This document shows, piece by piece, positions 1 to 10,116 of a stretch of 61,854 bases of DNA. Position numbers and translations under genes: made by a program. The notes under the pieces were generated by a model. It made no database searches. It was not told where the DNA came from and was given only the letters and a program-made list of their open reading frames with translations. The number at the start of each line of letters is the position of its first letter. Within the stretch, counting starts at the first letter, position 1. Source of the stretch: an uncultured Alphaproteobacteria bacterium (GTDB taxonomy: Bacteria; Pseudomonadota; Alphaproteobacteria; GCA-002720895); contig CACLKH010000004.1 in NCBI GenBank assembly GCA_902607475.1, positions 1-61,854 on the forward strand, given 5' to 3'.

Positions 1-293
1 TTTGGTAAATGTTTTTTTGTTTGTTGTGGTATGGGAGGTTTTTCCACTAAATTTGACTTGCTCAAAAAAATTGCCATTTTATAAGAAGGTGTTGCTCCCT
101 TGGATAACCAATATTTAACTCTTTCTTCGTCAAACAAAACTCTATTTTCGTCTTCTTTTGGTAATAATGGATTATAAGTTCCTAGTTTCTCAATAAATTT
201 TCCATCACGAGGACTTCTTTTATCAGATACCACTATCTTAAAAAAAGGTCTATTTTTTGAACCAGCTCTTGATAAACGTATTCTTGTACTCAT
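1..293 (-). CDS. rpsP: 30S ribosomal protein S16 (N-terminal part; C-terminus runs off the window edge)
   Basis: Not in ORF track. Minus-strand translation from ATG at 293 gives [70 protein letters not shown]..., a canonical S16 N-terminus. It lies downstream of ffh as in most bacteria. Confidence 0.9.
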   Translation of the reverse strand, partial: MSTRIRLSRAGSKNRPFFKIVVSDKRSPRDGKFIEKLGTYNPLLPKEDENRVLFDEERVKYWLSKGATPSYKMAIFLSKSNLVEKPPIPQQTKKHLP

Positions 294-338
294 ATTTTTT
301 TTAAATCAATTTTCAATGTAATATATAATATTTTTTTC

Positions 339-1697
339 TTATTGCAATCCCGGAGGAAGCATGTTCCCGAAACCTTGCCTCATTAATTTTTTTTTATCCA
401 TGTTTCCATACTTTTTCATCATTTTTAACATTGTATGATATTGTTTAAGTAATTTGTTTACTTCCTGAATTGATGCACCTGAACCTGCTGCAATTCTTTT
501 TTTTCTTGAAGCATGTATAATTTTATGATTGTTTTTTTCCTCAAGAGTCATAGAAGAAATAATAGCTTGTTGTTTCAAAATAACTTTATCATCAATATTA
601 GCTTTATTCATTTGATCTTGTATTTTGCTGGCACCTGGAAGTTTTGAAAGAATTCCTTTTATTCCTCCAAGTTTTTTCATTTGCCCTAACTGTTTTGATA
701 AATCATCTAAAGTAAATTTCCCATCTTTTATTTTTTTATCTAATTTTTCAGCATCTTCTTTTTTTATTGTTTCTGAAGCTTCTTCAACTAAAGAAACTAC
801 ATCACCCATTCCAAGTATTCTATTTGCAATCCTATCAGGATGAAAAACTTCTATTGCTTCCATTTTTTCACCAATACCTATTAATTTAATAGGACACCCT
901 GTAACAGAACGCATGGATAACGCTGCTCCGCCTCTAGCATCTCCATCTAATCTTGTTAGGATTATTCCAGTTAATTTTAATTTGTTATTAAATTCTTTTG
1001 CAACATTTACAGATTCTTGTCCTATCATAGCATCTGAAACAAGTAACGTTTCATTTGGATTCACAGACTTGCTTACATTTTTTACTTCATTCATAAGTTC
1101 GTCATCAATTTGGAGTCTTCCTGCTGTATCTAAAATTAAAACATCGAAACCTTCTTTTTTTGCTTGTTCTAAAGATCTTTCAACAATTTCAGCTGGTTTT
1201 TCTCCTTTAATAATTTCAACTGTCGCTACATCAACTTGCTTACCTAGAGTTGCTAGTTGTTCCTGTGCAGCTGGTCTTTGAACATCTAAAGAAGACATTA
1301 AAACTTTTTTTTTATCCTTATCCTTTAATTTCTTGGCAATTTTTGCACTAGTAGTTGTTTTTCCAGAACCTTGAAGACCAACCATCAATATTATAACTGG
1401 GGGTGTTGCTTTTAAATTTATTGGTTCTTCTTTATCACCAAGTATTTCTTTAAGAGTGTCGTTAACAATTTTTATAACCATTTGGCTAGGAGATACACTT
1501 TTTACTATTTTTGATCCAACCGCCTTTTTTTTCGCTTTTTCTAAAAACTCCTTCACAACTTCTAAGGAAACATCAGCTTCCAAAAGAGCTACTCTTACTT
1601 CTCTTAAAGCAGCATCAACATCATCTTCTGTTAAGGATCCTCTTGACTTTAATTTGTCAAAAATCCCAGTTAATCTTTCAGATAAATTTTTAAACAT
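339..1697 (-). CDS. ffh: signal recognition particle protein Ffh (SRP54-type GTPase)
   Basis: 452 aa. P-loop GLQGSGKTTT, DTAGR, TRLDGDARGG, and a Met-rich M domain at the C-terminus. Confidence 0.97.
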   Translation of the reverse strand: MFKNLSERLTGIFDKLKSRGSLTEDDVDAALREVRVALLEADVSLEVVKEFLEKAKKKAVGSKIVKSVSPSQMVIKIVNDTLKEILGDKEEPINLKATPPVIILMVGLQGSGKTTTSAKIAKKLKDKDKKKVLMSSLDVQRPAAQEQLATLGKQVDVATVEIIKGEKPAEIVERSLEQAKKEGFDVLILDTAGRLQIDDELMNEVKNVSKSVNPNETLLVSDAMIGQESVNVAKEFNNKLKLTGIILTRLDGDARGGAALSMRSVTGCPIKLIGIGEKMEAIEVFHPDRIANRILGMGDVVSLVEEASETIKKEDAEKLDKKIKDGKFTLDDLSKQLGQMKKLGGIKGILSKLPGASKIQDQMNKANIDDKVILKQQAIISSMTLEEKNNHKIIHASRKKRIAAGSGASIQEVNKLLKQYHTMLKMMKKYGNMDKKKLMRQGFGNMLPPGLQ

Positions 1698-1759
1698 ATT
1701 CTTTTAGTTAATTATAGATTATATATGTTAAATAAAAAAAAAATTCATAGATAAAAAAA

Positions 1760-2584
1760 ATGATTATTAATTATACAAAAATGCATGGATTGAAAAATGA
1801 TTTTATAATCATTGATGCAAGAGAAAAGAAAATTTCTTTAAACAAAAATAAAATAAAAAAAATTGCTAACAGAAAAAAAGGCCTTGGTTGTGATCAAGTT
1901 GTAATATTGGAAAAACCAAAAAAAAAAACTTCTGCATTTATAAAATTTTACAATTCGGATGGAAGCACAACAAAAGCATGTGGAAATGCTGCAAGATGTG
2001 TAGCATTTTTATTAATGAAAGAAAATAAAACAAAAAAAATTAGCATAGAAACGGAATCAGCTTTATTAAATGCATCTTTAGTTAAGAATAACAATGTATC
2101 TGTTGATATTGGTAAAGCTTATTTTAAATGGAATCAAATTCCTCTAAAGAAAAAAATAAATGTTGATGAAGTAGATTTTAAAGTTAACAAACATATCAAG
2201 CCAACTTTAGTTAATGTTGGTAATCCTCATATTATTTTTTTTGTAAAAAATCTAAAAAAAATAAACTTAAAAAAAATAGGTCCAAAAATTGAAAGAAATT
2301 CTTTATTTCCTGAAAGAATTAATGTTAATTTCGCTAAAATTTTAAATAATAATAAAATTAAACTAAGAGTTTGGGAAAGAGGATCAGGAATTACAAAAGC
2401 ATGTGGAACTGGGGCATCAGCTACAACTGTTGCTGCAATAAAAAATAAGTTAATTAATAAAAGAATGTGTCATATCCATATGGAAGGTGGAAAATTAAAA
2501 ATTGAGTATAAAAAAAACGGACATATTGTTATGACAGGACCAATAAAAATTATAAAAAAAGGAGTTTTGAATAATTTTTTTTAA
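1760..2584 (+). CDS. dapF: diaminopimelate epimerase
   Basis: 274 aa. MHGLKNDFIIID start and two catalytic Cys motifs (TKACGNAARC, ITKACGTGASA). Confidence 0.93.
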   Translation: MIINYTKMHGLKNDFIIIDAREKKISLNKNKIKKIANRKKGLGCDQVVILEKPKKKTSAFIKFYNSDGSTTKACGNAARCVAFLLMKENKTKKISIETESALLNASLVKNNNVSVDIGKAYFKWNQIPLKKKINVDEVDFKVNKHIKPTLVNVGNPHIIFFVKNLKKINLKKIGPKIERNSLFPERINVNFAKILNNNKIKLRVWERGSGITKACGTGASATTVAAIKNKLINKRMCHIHMEGGKLKIEYKKNGHIVMTGPIKIIKKGVLNNFF

Positions 2585-2589
2585 GTACT

Positions 2590-3843
2590 ATGAAAAATCA
2601 AAACATAATAACTTTTGGATGTAGACTTAATAGTTTTGACTCACAAGTTATAAGAGAAAAAGCAAGTTCTGAAAAATTAAATAATATTTTTTTTATAAAT
2701 ACTTGTGCAGTAACAAAAGAAGCTGAAAATCAAGCCAAAAAAAAAATTAGAAAAATAAAAAGAGAAAATCCAAAAGCAAAGATTATTGTAACTGGTTGTT
2801 CTGCACAAATTAATCCTAAAGATTATAAAAAAATGAATGAGGTTGATTTAATATTAGGTAATGAAGAAAAATTTAAATTCAAAAAATACTTAAATTTATT
2901 AAATAACAATTCACCTGAAATTGTGGTTAACGATATAATGTCTGTTAAAGAAACTGCAAACCACTTTATCAAAGGATTTGATAAAAAAGCAAGAGCATTT
3001 GTGCAAATACAAACTGGATGTGATCATAGGTGTACCTTTTGTATTATACCTTTTGGAAGAGGAAATAGCAGAAGTGTCCCTATAATAAAAATTTGTAACC
3101 AAATAAAAATATTACTTGAAAAAGGTTTTAAAGAAATAGTTTTGACAGGCGTAGACTTGACATCTTATGGAAATGATCTTTATGAAAAACCTAAATTAGG
3201 AAAATTAATTAAAAAAATATTAAAAAAAGTAAAAAATTTAGAAAGATTAAGATTATCATCTTTAGATGCAATAGAGATTGATAAAGATTTAATTGATATA
3301 ATTAGTCATGAGGAAAGACTTATGCCTCATTTACATTTAAGTATGCAATCTGGGGATAATATTATCCTTAAACGTATGAAAAGAAGACACTCACGCGAAG
3401 ATGTTATAAATTTGTGTAACAATTTAAAAAAGTTTAGAAATAATATTGTTTTTGGAGCAGATATCATTGCTGGTTTTCCAACAGAAACTAATGAAATGTT
3501 TTTAAATAGCAAAAAAATATTATCTGAATGTGATCTAACCTATCTTCATATTTTTCCATATTCAAATAGACCAAATACGCCAGCATCAAAGATGCCTCAA
3601 ATCTCGAATGAAATTATTAAAGAAAGAGCAAGACTTTTAAGAACAGAGGGAGATAAAATACTGCAAAAATTTTTAAAAAAACAAGTTAACAAAAAACATA
3701 AGATTCTTTTTGAAAGTGAAACAGAAGGTCATTCTGAAAACTTTATCCCAATAAAAACTTTAACTAAAAATAAAACTGGTGAAATTGCTATGGTTGAAGG
3801 AAAAAAAGTTATTAATGGAAAACTAATTTCCCAGGTAATGTAA
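2590..3843 (+). CDS. mtaB: MiaB-like radical-SAM tRNA methylthiotransferase (MtaB type)
   Basis: 417 aa. N-terminal Cys triad (FGCRLN, NTCAVT, TGCSAQ) and radical-SAM CDHRCTFC. The dapF-mtaB-ftsY order is typical of Alphaproteobacteria. Confidence 0.85.
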   Translation: MKNQNIITFGCRLNSFDSQVIREKASSEKLNNIFFINTCAVTKEAENQAKKKIRKIKRENPKAKIIVTGCSAQINPKDYKKMNEVDLILGNEEKFKFKKYLNLLNNNSPEIVVNDIMSVKETANHFIKGFDKKARAFVQIQTGCDHRCTFCIIPFGRGNSRSVPIIKICNQIKILLEKGFKEIVLTGVDLTSYGNDLYEKPKLGKLIKKILKKVKNLERLRLSSLDAIEIDKDLIDIISHEERLMPHLHLSMQSGDNIILKRMKRRHSREDVINLCNNLKKFRNNIVFGADIIAGFPTETNEMFLNSKKILSECDLTYLHIFPYSNRPNTPASKMPQISNEIIKERARLLRTEGDKILQKFLKKQVNKKHKILFESETEGHSENFIPIKTLTKNKTGEIAMVEGKKVINGKLISQVM

Positions 3844-5021
3844 TGGGTTGGTTAACTAGAATTAAAGATAGTCTTTTAACTAAGATAAGAAAAAAAATTC
3901 CTAAAAAAGACCTCCAATCTGTTGAAAAAGCAAGACAAGAAAAAAAAATTAAAAAAATAGAACCGGAGGTCCATAAAAAAGAACAAAAAAAAGAAGAATT
4001 AGCTGTAGAACCTATTAAAAAGAAAAGAGCTTTTTTTGGTTTATTTAAAAAAAAAGAAAAATTAAAAGAAGTACCAAAAATTGAAAAAGATCCAGAAAAA
4101 AAGAAAAGTTGGTTTCAAAAATTAAAAACTGGTTTATTTAAATCATCTGAAAAAATATCTCAAGGTGTAAAAAAAATATTTGTTAATAAAAAGCTAGATA
4201 TTCAAACTTTAAATGATTTAGAAGAATTATTAATAATGGCTGACCTGGGGCCAACAGCCGCTGAAAAATTAACTGCTGAATTAGCAAACGAGAAATTTGA
4301 TAAAGATATTAAACCTGAAGAAGTAAGAACTTTTTTGGCAAAGAAAATTGAAGAAACATTAGAAGAAGTAGCAATACCGCTAGTACTTGATAATATTCAA
4401 AAACCTATTGTGGTTCTTGTTGTTGGGGTAAACGGTACTGGAAAAACAACAACAATTGGTAAACTTGCACATCAATATTCAAGTGAAGGAAAAAAAATAA
4501 TGATAGCAGCTTGTGATACTTTTCGTGCTGCAGCAGTAGAGCAATTACAAATTTGGGCTGAAAGATCAAGTGCAGAATTTGTAAAAGGTACTCAGGATTG
4601 TGATGCAGCTGGTCTTGCGTATGAAGCATTAGAAAAAGCTAAGTCTAAAAACATAGATATTCTATTTATAGATACTGCTGGAAGAGTCCAAAACAGAACT
4701 GAATTAATGGAAGAATTAGCAAAAATTATTAGAGTAATTAGGAAATTAGATCTTGAAAGCCCTCACCATTGTTTATTAACATTAGATGCTACAACTGGTC
4801 AAAATGCATTAAGTCAAGTTGAGATTTTTAAAGAAATGGCAGAAATTTCAGGACTAATTGTTACAAAATTAGATGGAAGTGCTAAAGGAGGCATACTGTT
4901 ATCTTTAGCTGAGAAATTTAGATTGCCAGTTCATGCTATAGGAGTTGGGGAAAAAATTGAAGATCTACAATCTTTTGAAGCGAAAGAATTTGCTGAAAGT
5001 CTTATGGGTTTAGAAAAATAA
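3843..5021 (+). CDS. ftsY: signal recognition particle receptor FtsY
   Basis: 392 aa. Lys/Glu-rich N-terminal domain followed by an NG domain (GVNGTGKTTT, DTAGR, TKLDGSAKGG). Confidence 0.96.
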   Translation: MGWLTRIKDSLLTKIRKKIPKKDLQSVEKARQEKKIKKIEPEVHKKEQKKEELAVEPIKKKRAFFGLFKKKEKLKEVPKIEKDPEKKKSWFQKLKTGLFKSSEKISQGVKKIFVNKKLDIQTLNDLEELLIMADLGPTAAEKLTAELANEKFDKDIKPEEVRTFLAKKIEETLEEVAIPLVLDNIQKPIVVLVVGVNGTGKTTTIGKLAHQYSSEGKKIMIAACDTFRAAAVEQLQIWAERSSAEFVKGTQDCDAAGLAYEALEKAKSKNIDILFIDTAGRVQNRTELMEELAKIIRVIRKLDLESPHHCLLTLDATTGQNALSQVEIFKEMAEISGLIVTKLDGSAKGGILLSLAEKFRLPVHAIGVGEKIEDLQSFEAKEFAESLMGLEK

Positions 5022-5026
5022 AAAAA

Positions 5027-5572
5027 ATGAAAGAAAAAAACTCATTAATAAAATCATTAATAGAAATTATTCCTCTAATATTATTTTTTATAACAAATGC
5101 AAAATACGGAATAATTTTTGCAACAAAAACATTCGTTATAACTACTTTAATTGTTCTAATTGTAAGTTATTTATATTTTAAAAAAGTTTCCACCCCCCTT
5201 TTGATAACTTCTTTTTTAGTTTTAATTTTCGGAGGACTTACTATTTTTTTTAAAGATCCAACTTTTATAAAATTAAAACCAACAATTGTATATTTTTTAT
5301 TTTCAATTTTTCTTTTTTTAGGATTAGTATTGAAAAAAAATTTTTTACAAATTTATTTATCAAGTCTAATTAAATTAAATAATATTGGTTGGGATATATT
5401 AACTAAAAGATGGATATTTTTTTTCCTGGCAATGGCTTTGTTAAATGAAATTATTTGGAGAAATTTTTCGACAGATTTTTGGGTTTCTTTTAAAGTATTT
5501 GGTTTTTTACCCTTAACTATAATTTTTACAATACTACAGCAAAGCTTAATTAAAAAATATTCAATTAAATAA
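5027..5572 (+). CDS. yciB: intracellular septation protein A family membrane protein
   Basis: 181 aa with about 5 TM helices. IspZ/YciB-like size and position directly after ftsY. Confidence 0.8.
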   Translation: MKEKNSLIKSLIEIIPLILFFITNAKYGIIFATKTFVITTLIVLIVSYLYFKKVSTPLLITSFLVLIFGGLTIFFKDPTFIKLKPTIVYFLFSIFLFLGLVLKKNFLQIYLSSLIKLNNIGWDILTKRWIFFFLAMALLNEIIWRNFSTDFWVSFKVFGFLPLTIIFTILQQSLIKKYSIK

Positions 5573-5577
5573 TTTTT

Positions 5578-6153
5578 TTAGAAACGATAGCTATAAACAA
5601 TTCCAAAAGTATCTAAGCCTTCATTTGTACCTTCACCCCAAAGATTTGCATTTGATATATGATCTAATCTTAATGAGATAGAATCTTTACCATAAAAATT
5701 CCAACCTATTTCTACAGCTTCACGAAATAAAACACTTGATCCTAATTCTTTTTTATCTGTTTGGACATTACTATCAGAATGAATTTTATCACCGTTGTGG
5801 TAAGCTAATCCCCAGCTAAAATTAAAAAACATTCTTTTTGGCAATTTATAGTCCCATGTAACTCCTGCATATGCTTGGCTAGTATCTCCTCCCATGTTAA
5901 TTGTTGCGCCAATATGAGGTCTTGGTTTGCCTAACCAAAATAAATTATAATTTATTTCTCTAAAAAGAAATTCAAATGTTGAATCTATTCCTTCTTCTTT
6001 TTGTCTTCCAAAAATACCGGCATCATGAGCTACAACGCCAGTTTTTACTTCATTAATAAATGAAGAATTACCTTTTTGATCGAAAGCAAAAACATTATTT
6101 GCTACACTAAAAAACGAAAAGACTATAACAAAAATTTTCAATTTATTAATCAT
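5578..6153 (-). CDS. PagL-like lipid A 3-O-deacylase / acyloxyacyl hydrolase family outer-membrane protein (paralogue 1)
   Basis: 191 aa with a signal peptide and a beta-barrel C-terminus ...GIVYSYRF. DHISNANL His/Ser motif. Alignable to 24028-24654. Confidence 0.7.
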   Translation of the reverse strand: MINKLKIFVIVFSFFSVANNVFAFDQKGNSSFINEVKTGVVAHDAGIFGRQKEEGIDSTFEFLFREINYNLFWLGKPRPHIGATINMGGDTSQAYAGVTWDYKLPKRMFFNFSWGLAYHNGDKIHSDSNVQTDKKELGSSVLFREAVEIGWNFYGKDSISLRLDHISNANLWGEGTNEGLDTFGIVYSYRF

Positions 6154-6171
6154 TGAATTTATTATAAAAAA

Positions 6172-6873
6172 TTAATATTTAGTTACAAGAAAATACTCAA
6201 TTAAAGACTTTTTAACAAAAAATTTAATTTTGACCCATCTTCCTTTATCATCATACCAAATATCATAATCTATTTTTTTTCCATTAAGTTTATCTTGTGT
6301 TCCTGTAACCTTGTATCTTTGTGCAAAAATTGTACCATTAGATGTTTTAATTTTTTCAAAATCCTTTTTTTTAACACTTATAAACCTTTTCTTTCCATGT
6401 TGGGTATCAAATAATACTTTTTTTTTTAACCAATTTTGATTCCAATAAGAAGTAAATAAACTATCACCATTTACTAAAAAAACTTTTTTCCTAGATTTAA
6501 TTTCTATTTTTGATCCTTTTTTTTTTGCTGTAAATTTAAATTTTCTTTTATTTTTTTTTGTAGAAGTTTTTGCTTCAACAAAATGATTATCAATCCAAAT
6601 TTCATTACCTTTGTGAAAATATTGTAAAACTGGTATTATTCCTACTAATTTAACAATCATTTGAATTTCTGTATTTACAACAATTTTATCTCCTATATTT
6701 TGGAATAAGAGTTTGTGAAAGCCTATTTTTTTATCATTTCGAAAAATTTCAAATTCATGAATTGGTTTGTAATTAAAGCAAAAAGCATTATTTGAAAAAA
6801 AGAAAAAAATAAGAAAAAGAAAAATTTTAATTGGATTTTTTATCACAAAACAAAATATAAATATTAAAGTCAA
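6172..6873 (-). CDS. hypothetical exported/anchored protein
   Basis: 233 aa with an N-terminal hydrophobic segment, Lys-rich. No motif I can name. Confidence 0.55.
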   Translation of the reverse strand: MTLIFIFCFVIKNPIKIFLFLIFFFFSNNAFCFNYKPIHEFEIFRNDKKIGFHKLLFQNIGDKIVVNTEIQMIVKLVGIIPVLQYFHKGNEIWIDNHFVEAKTSTKKNKRKFKFTAKKKGSKIEIKSRKKVFLVNGDSLFTSYWNQNWLKKKVLFDTQHGKKRFISVKKKDFEKIKTSNGTIFAQRYKVTGTQDKLNGKKIDYDIWYDDKGRWVKIKFFVKKSLIEYFLVTKY

Positions 6874-6878
6874 TTATT

Positions 6879-7508
6879 ATGAAATATAAACAAATTAACA
6901 AACAAAATATATGGGTTGAAAAACTTTCAAAAAAAAGTTTTGAAGATTCTCCATGTTTATTTTTAGACAGGGATGGAGTTCTAATTGATTGGAAAGATTA
7001 TACAATGAAAGTTAAGGACCTTAAGTTAACTATAGGCTGTGATAAAATTATCAAAAAATGTAATAAAAAAAAAATACCAGTAGTATTAATTACCAACCAA
7101 GGAGGAATAGGTTTAGGATTACATACTTGGAATGATTTTGTAAAAGTTCAAAAAGCAATTATTAAAAAACTACTAAAAAAAGGAGCACAAATTGATGGTG
7201 TAATTGCATGCCCGCATCACCCACTAGCAAAAGGAAATTATAAACATAAAAATCATCCATGTAGGAAACCTAATGGCGGTATGTTTTTACTAGCAAAAAA
7301 ATTATTTAAAATAAATTTACAAAAATCCTGGATGGTTGGTGACAAAATAAATGATTTAATTGCTGCAAATTCTAAAAATTTAAAAAAAGGTTTTCTTGTC
7401 CTTACAGGATATGGAAAGGAAGAAGAAAAAAAAATAAATTTATTGCCTAAAAACTTTTTTACAGTAAAAATACTTTCTTCTCTTAAAGATTTAGAAATTA
7501 CTTTTTAA
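6879..7508 (+). CDS. gmhB: D-glycero-D-manno-heptose 1,7-bisphosphate phosphatase (HAD superfamily)
   Basis: 209 aa. LFLDRDGVLI nucleophile motif and Zn-finger-like CPHHP...HPCRKPNGGM, typical of GmhB. Confidence 0.85.
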   Translation: MKYKQINKQNIWVEKLSKKSFEDSPCLFLDRDGVLIDWKDYTMKVKDLKLTIGCDKIIKKCNKKKIPVVLITNQGGIGLGLHTWNDFVKVQKAIIKKLLKKGAQIDGVIACPHHPLAKGNYKHKNHPCRKPNGGMFLLAKKLFKINLQKSWMVGDKINDLIAANSKNLKKGFLVLTGYGKEEEKKINLLPKNFFTVKILSSLKDLEITF

Positions 7509-8767
7509 AGAATTATATATTCTATTTTTTTTGGTAATTTTTTATTTTTCCAAATTGCTTTTAAATCAAAAATTTTACCGTTTTTATTTAACTTTTTATT
7601 AAAAAAGGAATAATTTAATTTTTTATAATTATCATGAGCTACTGCTAAAATAATTGTGTCATACTTTTCTTTTTTAGAAAGCATTGTAAGCTTTAAATTC
7701 ATTTTTTTTACCTCTTTTTGATACGCATATGGATCATTTACACAAACTTTATGTCCTTTTTTTTTTAATGATCTTATTAAATCTATAATTTTTGTATTCC
7801 TTAAATCAGTTACATTTTCTTTAAAAGTTAAACCTAAGACTAAAATTTTATTTTTTTTACTAATACAATTGTTTATATATTGAGCTAAAAATATTGGAAA
7901 ATCATTATTAACTTTTCTCCCAGAAAGAATTAAATTTGATTCTGTTTTTTTCTTTTTTGCTAAATATGCTAAGTAATAAGGATCAACACCAATACAATGA
8001 CCACCTACAAAACCAGGTTGGAAATTTAAAAAATTCCATTTTGTTCCTGCTGTTTTCAAAACATCAAAAACATTTATATCAATTTTTTTAAAAAGTTTTG
8101 TAATTTCATTTATAAAAGCAACATTTATATCTCTTTGAGTATTTTCAATAACTTTTGCAGCTTCCGCAGTTTTAATATTTTTAGCTACAAAAATTCTATC
8201 TGAATTTACTTTTCCATAAATTTTTTTTAAAATTAATTTTGTTTTATTGCAATCACCTGAGACAACTTTTGTTATTTTATCAACTGAATGGGCTTTATCT
8301 CCTGGATTCATTCTTTCAGGAGAATAGCCTAAATTAAAATCTTTTCCGGGAATTAAATTTGAATATTTTTTTATTTGTGGTCCACAAATTTCTTCTGTAA
8401 CACCAGGATAAACTGTACTTTCAAAAACGACCGTGGATCCTTTTGATATAATTTTTCCAATTTCCTTACACACTAATAAAAGAGATTTAAGATCTGGTTG
8501 GTTAGATTTAGTTACTGGGGTTGGAACAGTTACAATAAAAATATTTGAATTTTTCAAATCTTTTATATTCGAAGAATATTTTAATTTTGATTTTTTTAAT
8601 TGTTCAGAACTAATTTCATTATTTTTATCTAAAAAATTTTTTAATTCTTTTATTCTTTGTTTATTTTTATCAAATCCTATAACATTAAAATAATTTGATA
8701 ATTTTATAGCTAAAGGAAGACCAACATAACCCAAACCAAAAATAGAAATATTTAAATTGCTTCTCAT
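7505..8767 (-). CDS. nucleotide-sugar dehydrogenase, TviB/WbpO/CapL type (UDP-HexNAc 6-dehydrogenase)
   Basis: 420 aa. N-terminus IFGLGYVGLPLAIKLS...GFDKNKQRIKELK closely resembles the TviB family. Catalytic GGHCIG is present. Confidence 0.85.
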   Translation of the reverse strand: MRSNLNISIFGLGYVGLPLAIKLSNYFNVIGFDKNKQRIKELKNFLDKNNEISSEQLKKSKLKYSSNIKDLKNSNIFIVTVPTPVTKSNQPDLKSLLLVCKEIGKIISKGSTVVFESTVYPGVTEEICGPQIKKYSNLIPGKDFNLGYSPERMNPGDKAHSVDKITKVVSGDCNKTKLILKKIYGKVNSDRIFVAKNIKTAEAAKVIENTQRDINVAFINEITKLFKKIDINVFDVLKTAGTKWNFLNFQPGFVGGHCIGVDPYYLAYLAKKKKTESNLILSGRKVNNDFPIFLAQYINNCISKKNKILVLGLTFKENVTDLRNTKIIDLIRSLKKKGHKVCVNDPYAYQKEVKKMNLKLTMLSKKEKYDTIILAVAHDNYKKLNYSFFNKKLNKNGKIFDLKAIWKNKKLPKKIEYIIL

Positions 8768-8847
8768 TATTTAATATTTAGAAATGTTAATATAGTAATT
8801 TATGTTGTAAAACATAACGATTATTTGTTAAGTATGAATAAAAATAA

Positions 8848-10116
8848 ATGACTAAAATCTTACTTTTTATATATAAAATTTTATCAGTAATTTTTTTACC
8901 TATAATAATTATTATTATTTTTTTTAGAATTTTTCAAAAAAAAGAAATTAATAATAGAATAAAAGAAAGATTTGCATTTTCATCTGTAAAAAAACCAAAA
9001 GGAAATTTAATCTGGATTAACGCATCAAGCATAGGAGAATATTTTGCAACAATTTCCTTAATAAAAAAAATCAGAAAAATTAAAACCAAAACTAAAATAT
9101 TAATTACAACTAATACTAAAACATCTGCTTTACTTGCAGAAAAAATCACTGATAAAAATATTATTCACCAATTTACTCCTCAAGATAATCCTTTAATTAT
9201 TAAAAAATTTCTTAATTACTGGAAACCTACACTCGTATTTTGGATGGAATCTGAATTTTGGCCAATAATTTTAGATGAGACAAAAAAATACGGTATAGAA
9301 ATAATATTATTGAATGGAAGAATGTCTGAAAAATCTTTTAAAAACTGGAATTACTTTAAATTTTTTTTTAAAGAAATAATCTCAAATTTTTCCTTAATTT
9401 TAACAATGTCAAAATTTGATCAAAAAAATTTTAAAAAACTTGGAGCTAAAAATGTAAATTTTATTGGTAATCTAAAATTTTGTAATGAATTAATTTTTTT
9501 TAATAAGAAAATAGAAGAAAAAATTCAAAAAATTATTAAAAATAGGCATGTCTGGCTTGCTGCCTCGACACATAGGAAGGAAGAAAAACTTATTGCACAA
9601 ATTCATTTAAAATTAAAAAAAATAAAAAAATTTAAAAATTTATTAACTGTAATAGTTCCAAGAAATATAAAAAGAGATAAAGAAATAAAAAATGAAATAA
9701 AAAAATATACTTCTTCAGTTGATTTTTTTAAATCTACAAAAAATTTAACAAAAAAAGAAATAATAATTGATAACTCAATTGGACATTTAGAATTCTGGTA
9801 TAAAAAAATAAAAACTGTATTTCTTGGAAAGTCATTTCCTCCAATTGGAGGTCAAAATCCTATTGAGCCAGCAAAATATGGGTGCTCGATAGTTTCAGGA
9901 GAAATGTCAAATTTTAAAGAAATACAAAGAGAAATGGTAAAGTGTAATAGTTTATTTATTGCAAAAAATTTTATTGAATTTTATTCATTTATTGAAGACA
10001 GTTTAAATAAAAAAAAATATGCAAAAAAAATGCAAATCAATGCAAAAAATTATGTTAAATCTAAATCTAAAATTTTAGATAAAACGATTTTAAAAATAAA
10101 AAAATATATACTTTAA
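8848..10116 (+). CDS. waaA: 3-deoxy-D-manno-octulosonic acid (Kdo) transferase
   Basis: 422 aa. N-terminal TM helix and WINASSIGE motif (WIHAxSVGE in WaaA). Confidence 0.9.
   Translation: MTKILLFIYKILSVIFLPIIIIIIFFRIFQKKEINNRIKERFAFSSVKKPKGNLIWINASSIGEYFATISLIKKIRKIKTKTKILITTNTKTSALLAEKITDKNIIHQFTPQDNPLIIKKFLNYWKPTLVFWMESEFWPIILDETKKYGIEIILLNGRMSEKSFKNWNYFKFFFKEIISNFSLILTMSKFDQKNFKKLGAKNVNFIGNLKFCNELIFFNKKIEEKIQKIIKNRHVWLAASTHRKEEKLIAQIHLKLKKIKKFKNLLTVIVPRNIKRDKEIKNEIKKYTSSVDFFKSTKNLTKKEIIIDNSIGHLEFWYKKIKTVFLGKSFPPIGGQNPIEPAKYGCSIVSGEMSNFKEIQREMVKCNSLFIAKNFIEFYSFIEDSLNKKKYAKKMQINAKNYVKSKSKILDKTILKIKKYIL

Noticed and set aside
625-1707. ORFs antisense to ffh (625-843, 913-1281, 1456-1707, 1511-1693), and similar antisense or overlapping ORFs inside acnA, tviB-like, waaA, pabB, folD, argG, acs, hemC, purH, sppA and other genes
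   Set aside because: Each lies wholly within a longer ORF on the opposite strand or in another frame, and that longer ORF has clear family motifs. Their translations are low-complexity Ser/Phe/Leu-rich mirror images.
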